Shown here: piece after piece, positions 9,801-18,534 of the stretch
Numbering within the stretch: the stretch's first letter is position 1
Layout of the letters: every line of letters starts with the position of its first letter
Source: Candidatus Buchananbacteria bacterium
GTDB lineage: Bacteria > Patescibacteriota > Patescibacteriia > 2-01-FULL-39-33
Assembly: GCA_041666505.1 (NCBI GenBank)
Contig: JBAYGU010000002.1
Coordinates: 1 to 59,411 of the forward strand
Direction of reading: 5' to 3'
Length of the DNA: 59,411 bases
The notes under the pieces: generated by a model
Seen by the model: only the letters and a program-made list of their open reading frames with translations
Told to the model about the DNA's origin: nothing
The model's database searches: none
Made by a program: the position numbers and the translations under genes

Positions 9801-12800
9801 TTCGCCTTTGATCGATGGCAGATATGCCGTCAAGATCGGCAATTTTGAGATCTATAAATGCTCGAATGGCGCGGCAGCCACATCTTCTAATTTTGCTAGT
9901 CGAGCCACTAATTGCACTTTGCTGAATAAGACTGTTTCAGATAAATGGACCGCCAATGTTTTCAATTATAATCATAAGGATATAACACTGGCAGAATTGA
10001 CTGCCATGTCTGCCAGCCAGCTCGGTTCTTCTACTCCTGAGGGCATTGCAATTTATCCGCCGACCGGCACTGCCCTCGACAAGGATTCCTGGTATAAGAT
10101 AGCCATCAAGGGCGGAGAAAGCGGAGTCAGGGGAGCTGATTCGACTTTGAACGAATCGCCGGAAGGCGTATTGCAAGTGCCAAGCAAGAACGCTCAATTG
10201 GATAGCGGCGCGGGATATTGGTACTACTGGTATTTCAAGACCGGCTTAGGCGAATGCCCGATTGATCAAGTGGCCGTCTTGCCTCAAATCAAATTCATGC
10301 CGAAGATCGGCGAGACTCAACAGTATCTGGCCGATCCTTACGCCGCCAATTGCAATCATTTGAATCCGTACAGGTACAAATGGAAATGGGATTCTTTGGT
10401 CAATCCTTTCAGCGATCGCTGTTCGGCTGCTAATCCGACATCGGGCGATTATATCGCGACTATCTGTGAAAGCGGCGCGAGTTGTAATCCAGCCAATGAA
10501 CCTGATCTTTCAGTTTTCGGCAAAGCGGCCGTCAAGGCATTCGGGCAGAATGAGGGCAATACGAAAATCACGGCAGCCGCCGTGCAAGGCGAATGCAAGG
10601 ATTACAAATGGGGAGCGGGCGAATTGCAGGTCGGCTTCGGCGGTTTCAAGGTGTCGGAACACAGCAATTCCAATTGCTTGAATACTGATTTGTTAATTAA
10701 TTTTACCCAAGATGCCAAGAGTACCAGCTTATACAGCAATGTAAAATTATATCAGTGCGATGATGCGGCTTGCCAGACTGTTTCCGAATCGAATTTAAAA
10801 TCAATAGATATAAATAGCCCTCAGGGATTGCCTGGCAACCCCAATCCTTTATTTACCAATCAGGTTTATTTTACGCCTAGATCAAGTGATTTGCTCGAAC
10901 CGGGCAAAACATATCGTGTCGTAATCAAGGGGGGGCAAAGCGGCGTGGTTTCTGCATATAATACGAATCTGCTGAATTTGAATTACAGCCTTGTTCCGAA
11001 TAGTGGCGGAGAAGCTTGCGATCCGTCATTGTATCCGTGGCGACCGGGCGATCATCAGGCTGGATTGTGTTCCGCCACTTGTACTTTGACTGGTAATCTT
11101 TGCGGCACGACATCAGCGCAGTGCAATCCTGCGACCGACCCGCTTTGCGATGCCACTTGCCATAAAGCCGGCAATAGTAATACAATTGCCAGCTGCGGCA
11201 ACAGCAAGATAGAAGCGACTGAGAATTGCGATGACGGCAATACGAAAAACGGCGACGGCTGCAGTTCTCATTGCCTGCTTGAAGGCAGTAATAGCGCTTA
11301 TGGCTCGCTTTGCGGCAATGGCAAAGTGGAAAGAGGAGAAGCCTGCGATGACGGCAATATTAGCAATGGCGACAGTTGCTCCTCTAAATGCTTATTGGAG
11401 GCTGTTGATAATAATGTTCTGACTAACGTAGATTTTGAAAACGGCACGGTCGGCAGTGCGCCGCTGAATTGGTCTGTCGCTTCTCAATCTCATTCTAGTG
11501 TGGCGATTTCCGATACCTATGCCCGATCTGGAACTAAGAGCGTTAAGATAACCCAGGATGCCAATCAGCCTTATCCCGGCATTTGCAATCAGGTGATCTG
11601 CGCTGATTTCCCTGCCTGGCTTAAATGCACTTGGCTGCCAGCCACTTCCCAATGCCAATTCGATCAGCCCGATAATGCCCATCCGATGACTCCTAAGCCG
11701 ATTTATAATTCCGGCCAGACCTTTATTTGGGGTAATACCCATCGCGTAATGTGGGGTTCGTTGTATTATGATGTTTCCAATCTCGGTTTCAGGATCGGCC
11801 AGAAGTATATAGTCAAATTCAACTATAAGGGGGAGATTGATCCTCAAAGCCGCGTTGACGCCCAATTCAGCTTTAATCCGGGTTGGATTGCGCAATGCAA
11901 TCAGAAGCAAGCGCCGAATATAAAGCCCGATGGCAGCTGTCTTTACGGCAGTGATTGTTCAGACCAGCCAGGGTATTGCTGCGTCCAAGCACCTGTGCAA
12001 ACAAAATGTTACACTGGAGTCAATTTGCCGACGTTAAGTTCTGGGAATTTCGGTGTCGGTTCTTGGAAGGAATATCGGACAGAATTCACTTATACTTCTG
12101 AATTAGCCCAGTTATTCAATAGTGCGGGCAAATTAACCAATACCATTTCTTTAAGCATCCCTTATGCCAATATAACAAATGGTACGACGCTTTATATCGA
12201 TGATTTTTCCGTCGAGCGGGTCGGCTCTGATCCGAATGCGCCGATTTGCGGCAACAGTAAAATTGAAGCGGGGGAAGAATGCGATTCCGGTTCAGCCAAC
12301 GGTCCGGCTAATCGCTGTGGCAGCAATTGCTTGCTTAATGGTGCGCCAGCAGCCGCCGCTGGCGGAACCTGCGGCAATAAGAAATTGGAAAACGGCCAGT
12401 TCGACAGTTATTCTTGGACATTTGTTTTAACAGACAAGGCTCAAGTCTGCCAGGCGGTCAATTTCGAATTGAATCCTTGCCCTAACGGCGTCTGGTCCAT
12501 TTCCGCCGATTCGAATGTCAGTGATCTGTCTTTGAAATTCTATAAAGGCAGCAAGAGTGATACGGGCAGCTGCATTTCCGATGCGCAGATGAATAATTTG
12601 AGCTTCTGGCGCAGAATCTTCAATCAATTCGTAAGAATCATTAAATCATTCTTGGGCTTTAGATCCGTAATTGCCGCAGATTGGTGGTGCCCGATCAATG
12701 ATTACGCTGACGGTGCTTTCGATGCTGCTGCTCTGAGTTCGATGCGATTAGGTAATTATAAGAGAGATATAACTATTGACGGGGCTGCCCAAAATACTGA

Positions 12801-15800
12801 AGTCATCGCTTATACGGATGATTCCGACAACTATAAGATCAATTTCATCCGCAGCAGTAATTGGGATACGAATACCGAGTATAAAGCAGTCGCAATCTTC
12901 GATCGCAAGGGTGTTGCGGGAACTTCCACTGCGTCCGTAACGACATTCAGCCAATCTTGCAAAATGAAAAGCGTCAAGTTCGATGTCTGGCCGCGCGGCT
13001 TGGCAAAATCCGCTGATGGCTTCTTCTGCGCCTCTGATCCTTTGACAGGCAAGCCGGATGATTGCGGCCGTTCTTCCGAGGATCTTTATGATGACGATAT
13101 GTCAGCGCCATGGACGATGAATAAGGCAGACAATGGCTATAATTTGGACAGTGATGGCATGGCGCAAGCGGCGATCGGCAATAATTATAAAGGCGGCAAT
13201 CAGCATCTGTATCGAGTCTGGCCGTTGGATAGCAATAGGTATGTGTTGCGCGGAAACAATTTCTTAGCTTCATTGTCAAATATCGGTGCTGCAAAAACCA
13301 CATTGTCAGAAATTGGCAGTACTGATTATAAGGGTGATTTTTGGACCACCCCTGGCTTCAATCCCGGCCGCTCGTTCTTTGACGTTGATATCAGCGATAG
13401 TGATCCTTCCGCAAATAATGCCTTCGGAACATTGCCCATCTTCACGTACTTTTGCAATAATCCTTGGCCGGATGCGAAGAATTTCCCCTTCATCGATAGT
13501 TCCGACAACTGCAAGGCTGGAAGCGGTTCCTGTATTAACACCAATTTCGGCACGTATTATTGCCGCGATGCCGGAAAGGCTGATTCTACCGCTGACGATC
13601 TGCCCTCTATCGCCAATTATGACGCTTCCACTAAGACATTCGGCGCCGGAACAGGTGTAGTCATGGGGCTTGCCGGCAATAATAAGCTCAAGGAATTCTT
13701 GTTTGCCGGCAGACAGGCGACTGGCAGAGATGGTGCGGCTGTGTTTATTGCCGGTTCGTCAACGAGCGATATTAGTCCGGCTATTACAAATGATACTGAA
13801 GGAAGCTTGACTAGTTCGTGGGGAGCCAACGATGGCCAAGTGAAAGATTTTGTCTATCATTTGAATGTCGCAACACTTGGAAAATTTAATATAACGCTGG
13901 AAACATCTAATGATGCCAATGCCGATATTTTTGATCTCGGTTTCAATTCCAATTACGGCACATGCGTCCAAGGCACTGACCTGATCGGCAATAAACTGTA
14001 TCAGAATTTGCTCATTTCAGTTGATGGCGTCGGGACAAGCACGATAAAAGCATTAGCCAGCGCGCCGGAAAATCATCAATTCAACCGGTTAGTTCAGCCG
14101 TTAATTTTATCGGTTGGACAGCATACTATTACAATTAGATTTTTGAATGATTGTATCTGCGATGCAGTTTATGGCCAGTCATGCGCTTCCGGCCGGCTTG
14201 ATTCTAATTTAAAAATTTACGGCATATTACTGAATAACGCTGATCCGACCGGGGCGACTGACGCCATCGGCTTGAGGATGTATAACAATAATAACCATTA
14301 TTCTCCGGAATTATGGTACAAGTCGCTGTTTAATCCCGGATTGCAGGGCAATTTGGAGAAGTTATCTGTCGATGGCTATAGCGCAGCGCAAGAAGGCAGG
14401 ACGGTTTATGTCAATGCGGCTGATTTCAACGGCGGACAATCCATTGTTTATTCCGATATATATCTGATGTCGTATAATCAGGGCGCAAGCAAAGCGACGG
14501 AAAATATCTATGGACAGATGATCAGCAATTGGTTCTTCAATGCCGGCTCCAAGGCCGATGGCGGATTGGAATATGGCGCAGCTTTGGGTTATTGCAGCCA
14601 GGGGACAGAGACCGAAGACAATAAATGCTTTACTGATTTGGACTGCGTGAAACGTAATGCCGGTTTCTGCAGATCCGAAAAAGCCAAAATTACCAGGGAT
14701 ACCCAGAGGTTGTCGGACGTGCAGGATATTTATAATTCAATGTCCGGCTATCATGATAAGCTGCGCTGTTCTAATGACTTCAGCCGCGCTTGCAGCAATA
14801 ATGCCGGCTGTTTCGGCGGTGGCACTTGCGGACATTTCTATCCGAATCTGCGCGCCGGCACATACATCACCGGCAAGACATACAGCGCCTGGCCGAGTTG
14901 GCAAGATAATCTGGCCAAGGAATTTGGAGTTAAATTGCCCGTCGATCCAATTAATAAATTCTGGGTTTGGGATGGAACTAAATCAATCAATTGCTCCAAT
15001 CCATATAATTCTGTTACTTGCTGGGATGAGACTAGCAGGAGGATGGAATGTAATCTTGATTATAATTCCGCTGTTTATGCTTATTACGGCACTAAGTCCG
15101 GCACATCTACAAGGGTTTATGCCAAGGGTGAATATAATTATGGCACTGGCGAACTCGATCCGTTTAAGGCGGTATGGTCGCCGGCCTGGCAGGATGTTGT
15201 TAATCTTAACTATGATATTTTTGGCGGATATAACAGCTTAATTAGGGGTGGCCAATTCTGCGTCGCTGCCAGTGATACTTGCGGCGACGGATCATGCAAT
15301 AATTCTGAAACTTGTTCGACTTGCCCGATAGATTGCGGCTGCAGCGGCAAAAAATCCTGCAATCAGAATGCCGGAACATGGATCTGCAGCATCAAGCAGG
15401 CGCCGGTCGCGGCAGCTAAGAACTGCGGCAATGGCACATTTAGCGATTCCGGAGAAGATTGCGATTTCATCAATGGCGTGCCACTTGTCGGTATGAACGG
15501 ATTAAATCCGATTTATGTAACATCTACGGTCAATGGCCAGCTGGCTTGTACAGATCAATGTAAATTTCCCCCATGGTTTAATGATGTCAAGGTATATTAC
15601 AGGGATAATGATTATAAGTCTTGCGGCGACGGCTTGAGGACAGACCAGGAAGAATGCGATTGCGGTACAATAGACGGAGTTTTCGGTATAGGAAATCAAA
15701 AATATAATCCGTTCATTTGTAATTCGCTCAATAGTTCATTTGATTCTTCTGCTTCGATTTATGTCTCAGACCCCTCCGAGTTAAGGGATTTTACTTTTTG

Positions 15801-17616
15801 CGACACTACTTGCCAGCGCCATGACAAGGGCAATTATTCTTATTGCGGTGACAGCCACTGGGCAGATCCCGCTGTTGTCACGGGATCGGGGGAACAATGC
15901 GATTTAGGTTTTAATAATGGCAAAGCCGGATCAGGCTGCTTGGCAGATTGTAAATGCGATTTAGCCGATGGATATGCTTGCAGCGGCGGCGTGCCGTCAA
16001 AATGCGGAAATGGGACTCCTGATTCGGGCGAAGCCTGCGATTTGGGCCTAGGAATTAATGGAACTAATGGCTGTACTACGAGTTGCGCTTGTGCGGCGAC
16101 CTACGTTTGTCCGGGCGGCGTGCCGACTAAGTGTGGCAATGCCGTTGTTGATGCCGGCGAAGCCTGCGATTTGGGTCTGGGAATTAATGGAACCAATGGC
16201 TGTACTACGAGTTGCGCTTGCAAAGCCGGTTATGATTGCACTGGAGGAATTCCCCAGCTCATGTGTGGCAATGGGCATTCTGATCCGGGTGAAAATTGCG
16301 ATTTAGGCAATCCGGCAGTTATTCCCGGCGGGCAAAACGGCGTAACCGGCAGCGGCTGCAGCAGTATTTGCGATTTTACTTGCACGGCGGCCGGACCGCT
16401 CAGCGAGCAGAATATTATCCTCTCCAAAACTAATTTCACTGTTACTGGGCAGACTGCGAATTTTTCGACTCCGAATTGCCGGCTCGCAAAGGACATTGAA
16501 TCAGATATAACGATCAGCGGTAACGTCGGTTCGACAGAGATAGTGTTCGTTACTGACGTATCCGCAAGTATGGACATCGCAAGCCTAAAAATTGCTATCA
16601 CAGCGGCCATTGCCAGGATATTCGATGAATTGCCGTCCGCAAAAATCGGCTTGGTTCATTTTTCCGATGTTGCCGCAAATGATGTCGAGGCAGCTGTTTG
16701 TCCCAGATCGCTGTGCGATGATAGCCAGGAAGCTTACTTGGATAGCAGGATAAATTTATATGCAGGCTCCGGCGGAACCAATCCGGCATCGGGATTGCAA
16801 GTTGCATCTAATCTGTTCAACGGATCAACGGCTCAGAATAAAATTATCATTTTTATGAGCGACGGTTCGCCAACTAGTAATAGTGATGACAGTATAGTTG
16901 AAAACGTGACTACCTGGGCTAATGCCAATAAGAGCGCAAGCATCGCGATTTATTCCGCTGCCCTGACAATAGATTCTAATCTGAAAGGGGCGATGAATTA
17001 CTGGTCATCCAATAACGGCGCAGGCAATAGTCCCAATTCGGCGCCTAGTACCAAATGCAGCGGATTCGTGGGACCGCTTGGAGGGTGCAATTTCGGATAT
17101 TGGATGTTAGACGATGTGTATTCAGCTGACGGCTGCAATGGAAATAATTATTGCTTCAGCAATACTGATTTAGGAAGCCTTTTCACTTCGATCATCAGCC
17201 GGGTTTTGACGAATTTGCCTCAGTCAGGAATCCAAATCAGAGTCGATGGCACTAATACTAGTTTTAATAATGTCCTGCCGAATCCTGACGGCAGCCCCAA
17301 GACTTATAATGCCAAATCAATTAATTTGCCCGCGGTGGTCTGTTCTGGCGGTTCGCACACGATGCAAATCGACTATGTGGGAGATGGAAGCGTTTCTTTG
17401 GCAAACACGAAAATTTATTATTGTCCTGATTTTACACATTTCTTAGCACAGAGTAATGCTGATAGTCAATTCGCTGGCCCAAAAAATAAAGCGAATTCTC
17501 GTGTTGCCGGTGCTTTTGAAAAAACAACTAATGCCGCAGGCAGTTTGTGGCAGGAAATTTTAAGTATTTTCTGGCAATTGCTGCCTGGCAATATAATTAA
17601 ATCATTCGTTAAATAA
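6811..17616 (+). CDS. giant surface protein (3601 aa): pilin-like N-terminus, Ig/IPT-like, Cys-rich repeats, CBM-like, C-terminal vWA
   Basis: The N-terminal module is the same as in the 3535 ORF (MLYAGFTWMTAAGDPAKVDKAKKMIQQVVIGLIIIFSAFAI). About ten CGNxKxExGExCDDGNxxxGDGCSxxC-type cysteine repeats are present. A CBM-like block begins NVDFENGTVGSAPLNW. A vWA/MIDAS signature EIVFVTDVSASMD ... GGTNPASGL ... IIIFMSDGSPT lies near nt 16530-17220. Confidence 0.85.
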   Translation: MLQKNKKLILTSLLLIAAFLFLPAIVFAAGEVPSLGLFGGIFGEATLAQIIIRLIQFFLTVLGFIALVIMLYAGFTWMTAAGDPAKVDKAKKMIQQVVIGLIIIFSAFAITAFIYDRFGPPVGPPNGCVGPECPPPPSCVGPGCTPYWTNYPPEIAYINPALDVLSNTDQRTLAATSTSDDISNGAPGNYVSIVGRYFGNVPGKIFFVSRSDGSRIQAQLAPCARSWSSNLIIALVPAGLTLSGASHEADVATQDPLRNYDVIIEKLASDSSTLTSNIWGFQVNSIERPGICSMVPNHGVYPATTTLTGFKFPIVTPRNIVWSISPNFTSSTGSNWSSSTVVDVVPQDLAGRSLVSIFNGESYSNSFLFMISNGRAGSPCGYDTQSCREDITTCDAETDLACQFCSTDPTKPNYQENCNISRNCTCQPIVDESCEYNASSTLNSYRNCTVGGCLGQEACSNKSVWSKSCELPAGSTCVPFLGNSSNIAAFSWAFSALKNPAPGMSCKSEIWNDDTCDVNGCIDTNLACDPLATADHPACTCVPKDQLCTVGKIDTTTCPALGACKQVKACQDSGHWGECAVTPGCIPYPLVPASTIASYSWSFGANNGNGDVGPMVETSCDGSIDCSKNRLPSPSPWSDEWNAANHPELGIQNDKACLNAEIYARFTAAMSSATISSSTIRLYVSSTSGWIDQTNAKVEEVEPLLSEGEGDNADSFAIKLKPGIDLDPNSIYRVFLSNQIRDVVGRNLIDNPSGARNSLCAVGGSSPTAAAGVCWSFITRPSGPDAICQIGCVNCGPNKYFNRYYGQEKEHKVTPVSLDNACISLNNRDYAWDWSQEQQNLGGAVTNGWFLQKFFSATYSWLTNPFAADTIGIASQPANTVTTGYGTTTAYQESRWKTNADYKSWFGADDIDYFRIKGQVKATGNVGVCAVHNNFTDPIVIENQYCSKTSSSTNPQLNKQILQSPSPWKGQTDACTNAAIFALFSRNMFNSSLLELSSPLIDGRYAVKIGNFEIYKCSNGAAATSSNFASRATNCTLLNKTVSDKWTANVFNYNHKDITLAELTAMSASQLGSSTPEGIAIYPPTGTALDKDSWYKIAIKGGESGVRGADSTLNESPEGVLQVPSKNAQLDSGAGYWYYWYFKTGLGECPIDQVAVLPQIKFMPKIGETQQYLADPYAANCNHLNPYRYKWKWDSLVNPFSDRCSAANPTSGDYIATICESGASCNPANEPDLSVFGKAAVKAFGQNEGNTKITAAAVQGECKDYKWGAGELQVGFGGFKVSEHSNSNCLNTDLLINFTQDAKSTSLYSNVKLYQCDDAACQTVSESNLKSIDINSPQGLPGNPNPLFTNQVYFTPRSSDLLEPGKTYRVVIKGGQSGVVSAYNTNLLNLNYSLVPNSGGEACDPSLYPWRPGDHQAGLCSATCTLTGNLCGTTSAQCNPATDPLCDATCHKAGNSNTIASCGNSKIEATENCDDGNTKNGDGCSSHCLLEGSNSAYGSLCGNGKVERGEACDDGNISNGDSCSSKCLLEAVDNNVLTNVDFENGTVGSAPLNWSVASQSHSSVAISDTYARSGTKSVKITQDANQPYPGICNQVICADFPAWLKCTWLPATSQCQFDQPDNAHPMTPKPIYNSGQTFIWGNTHRVMWGSLYYDVSNLGFRIGQKYIVKFNYKGEIDPQSRVDAQFSFNPGWIAQCNQKQAPNIKPDGSCLYGSDCSDQPGYCCVQAPVQTKCYTGVNLPTLSSGNFGVGSWKEYRTEFTYTSELAQLFNSAGKLTNTISLSIPYANITNGTTLYIDDFSVERVGSDPNAPICGNSKIEAGEECDSGSANGPANRCGSNCLLNGAPAAAAGGTCGNKKLENGQFDSYSWTFVLTDKAQVCQAVNFELNPCPNGVWSISADSNVSDLSLKFYKGSKSDTGSCISDAQMNNLSFWRRIFNQFVRIIKSFLGFRSVIAADWWCPINDYADGAFDAAALSSMRLGNYKRDITIDGAAQNTEVIAYTDDSDNYKINFIRSSNWDTNTEYKAVAIFDRKGVAGTSTASVTTFSQSCKMKSVKFDVWPRGLAKSADGFFCASDPLTGKPDDCGRSSEDLYDDDMSAPWTMNKADNGYNLDSDGMAQAAIGNNYKGGNQHLYRVWPLDSNRYVLRGNNFLASLSNIGAAKTTLSEIGSTDYKGDFWTTPGFNPGRSFFDVDISDSDPSANNAFGTLPIFTYFCNNPWPDAKNFPFIDSSDNCKAGSGSCINTNFGTYYCRDAGKADSTADDLPSIANYDASTKTFGAGTGVVMGLAGNNKLKEFLFAGRQATGRDGAAVFIAGSSTSDISPAITNDTEGSLTSSWGANDGQVKDFVYHLNVATLGKFNITLETSNDANADIFDLGFNSNYGTCVQGTDLIGNKLYQNLLISVDGVGTSTIKALASAPENHQFNRLVQPLILSVGQHTITIRFLNDCICDAVYGQSCASGRLDSNLKIYGILLNNADPTGATDAIGLRMYNNNNHYSPELWYKSLFNPGLQGNLEKLSVDGYSAAQEGRTVYVNAADFNGGQSIVYSDIYLMSYNQGASKATENIYGQMISNWFFNAGSKADGGLEYGAALGYCSQGTETEDNKCFTDLDCVKRNAGFCRSEKAKITRDTQRLSDVQDIYNSMSGYHDKLRCSNDFSRACSNNAGCFGGGTCGHFYPNLRAGTYITGKTYSAWPSWQDNLAKEFGVKLPVDPINKFWVWDGTKSINCSNPYNSVTCWDETSRRMECNLDYNSAVYAYYGTKSGTSTRVYAKGEYNYGTGELDPFKAVWSPAWQDVVNLNYDIFGGYNSLIRGGQFCVAASDTCGDGSCNNSETCSTCPIDCGCSGKKSCNQNAGTWICSIKQAPVAAAKNCGNGTFSDSGEDCDFINGVPLVGMNGLNPIYVTSTVNGQLACTDQCKFPPWFNDVKVYYRDNDYKSCGDGLRTDQEECDCGTIDGVFGIGNQKYNPFICNSLNSSFDSSASIYVSDPSELRDFTFCDTTCQRHDKGNYSYCGDSHWADPAVVTGSGEQCDLGFNNGKAGSGCLADCKCDLADGYACSGGVPSKCGNGTPDSGEACDLGLGINGTNGCTTSCACAATYVCPGGVPTKCGNAVVDAGEACDLGLGINGTNGCTTSCACKAGYDCTGGIPQLMCGNGHSDPGENCDLGNPAVIPGGQNGVTGSGCSSICDFTCTAAGPLSEQNIILSKTNFTVTGQTANFSTPNCRLAKDIESDITISGNVGSTEIVFVTDVSASMDIASLKIAITAAIARIFDELPSAKIGLVHFSDVAANDVEAAVCPRSLCDDSQEAYLDSRINLYAGSGGTNPASGLQVASNLFNGSTAQNKIIIFMSDGSPTSNSDDSIVENVTTWANANKSASIAIYSAALTIDSNLKGAMNYWSSNNGAGNSPNSAPSTKCSGFVGPLGGCNFGYWMLDDVYSADGCNGNNYCFSNTDLGSLFTSIISRVLTNLPQSGIQIRVDGTNTSFNNVLPNPDGSPKTYNAKSINLPAVVCSGGSHTMQIDYVGDGSVSLANTKIYYCPDFTHFLAQSNADSQFAGPKNKANSRVAGAFEKTTNAAGSLWQEILSIFWQLLPGNIIKSFVK
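16027..16229 (+). repeat. 129-nt (43-aa) tandem duplication inside the giant gene
   Basis: ggcgaagcctgcgatttgggcctaggaattaatggaactaatggctgtactacgagttgcgcttg at 16027 recurs at 16156 with only a few substitutions. It encodes GEACDLGLGINGTNGCTTSCAC twice. Confidence 0.85.
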
Positions 17617-17621
17617 AAACT

Positions 17622-18494
17622 ATGTTCGAAGACAATCCGAATACTCCGCAAGCGCCGAGCAATCTGCCGTTCGGCCAGCCGCAAAGCCCGTTCGTACCAG
17701 CGCCGCCTGTTTTTGCCCAGCCTCAGTCCGCTGCTAATTTCCAGCCGCCAGCAGCTTTTCCGGCTCAAGCTCGGCCAGAACCCGTACAACAGTCTCAGGC
17801 ACAACCAGTTCCGGCTCCGGTTTTTCAACCCGTGCCCCAGTCTTTTACGGCCGCTCCTTCGCCGACGATTAATGCGGCAGCGCCAGCCGGGCAAATTGAA
17901 GATATGTTTTCTTCTACTGATCAGCCCTCTGCTTCCAAGGGTTACGTTCCGCAAGGCATGCCTTATCAGCAGGGTCCGGCTATTACTGACGCGGATTTAT
18001 TCAGGGGAGCTGGATTGCCCTGGGCCAAGATCATTACGATTATAATTATTGTTTTGGTCGTTATTGGGGTAGTCATAGCAGCAGTGTGGGGCTTTAGCTA
18101 CATCTCTGGCGGGTTAAAGACGCAAACCGCCAATATTCCTGCCGTCCCGCAGACTCCGGTTGTCACTCCGGCAGCGGTAATTCCCGCGGCTACGACTACC
18201 GTTGCTACTCAACCCACATCTACAGTGATTACTGATGCAAATAGGGACAGTGATGGCGATGGCTTGACTGATGCTGAAGAAAAAACTTTGAATACTGATT
18301 CGAATAAAGCTGATACTGATGGCGATGGCTTGACTGATTGGGCGGAGGTGAAAATTTATAAAACAGATCCATTGAATCCCGATACTGACGGTGATGGCTA
18401 TAAGGATGGCGCAGAAGTGATCAATGGTTATGACCCGCTTAAGCCGGGCAGTGCTAGGCTTTACGAGGTGCCAAAAGCGACATCAACGAAATAA
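17622..18494 (+). CDS. membrane protein with Pro/Gln-rich N-terminus and TSP type-3-like Ca-binding repeats
   Basis: It starts 5 nt after the giant gene. It has one TM helix (IITIIIIVLVVIGVVIAAVWGF), then DSDGDGLTDAEE, DTDGDGLTDWAE and DTDGDGYKDGAEV repeats. Confidence 0.8.
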   Translation: MFEDNPNTPQAPSNLPFGQPQSPFVPAPPVFAQPQSAANFQPPAAFPAQARPEPVQQSQAQPVPAPVFQPVPQSFTAAPSPTINAAAPAGQIEDMFSSTDQPSASKGYVPQGMPYQQGPAITDADLFRGAGLPWAKIITIIIIVLVVIGVVIAAVWGFSYISGGLKTQTANIPAVPQTPVVTPAAVIPAATTTVATQPTSTVITDANRDSDGDGLTDAEEKTLNTDSNKADTDGDGLTDWAEVKIYKTDPLNPDTDGDGYKDGAEVINGYDPLKPGSARLYEVPKATSTK

Positions 18495-18534
18495 CCAATT
18501 TTTAATAATTAAAAATTTGAAATTATTATAATAT

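Noticed and set aside
14657-15241. Alternative-frame and antisense ORFs inside long genes, e.g. 14657..15241 (+), 11392..11910 (-), 22311..22874 (-), 22968..23675 (-), 26385..27023 (-), 48388..48936 (-), 54880..55497 (-)
   Set aside because: All lie wholly within well-supported genes (the giant protein, ftsZ, nrdD, ribosomal proteins). Their composition is biased (Ser/Pro/Arg-rich), and none has an independent start signal.
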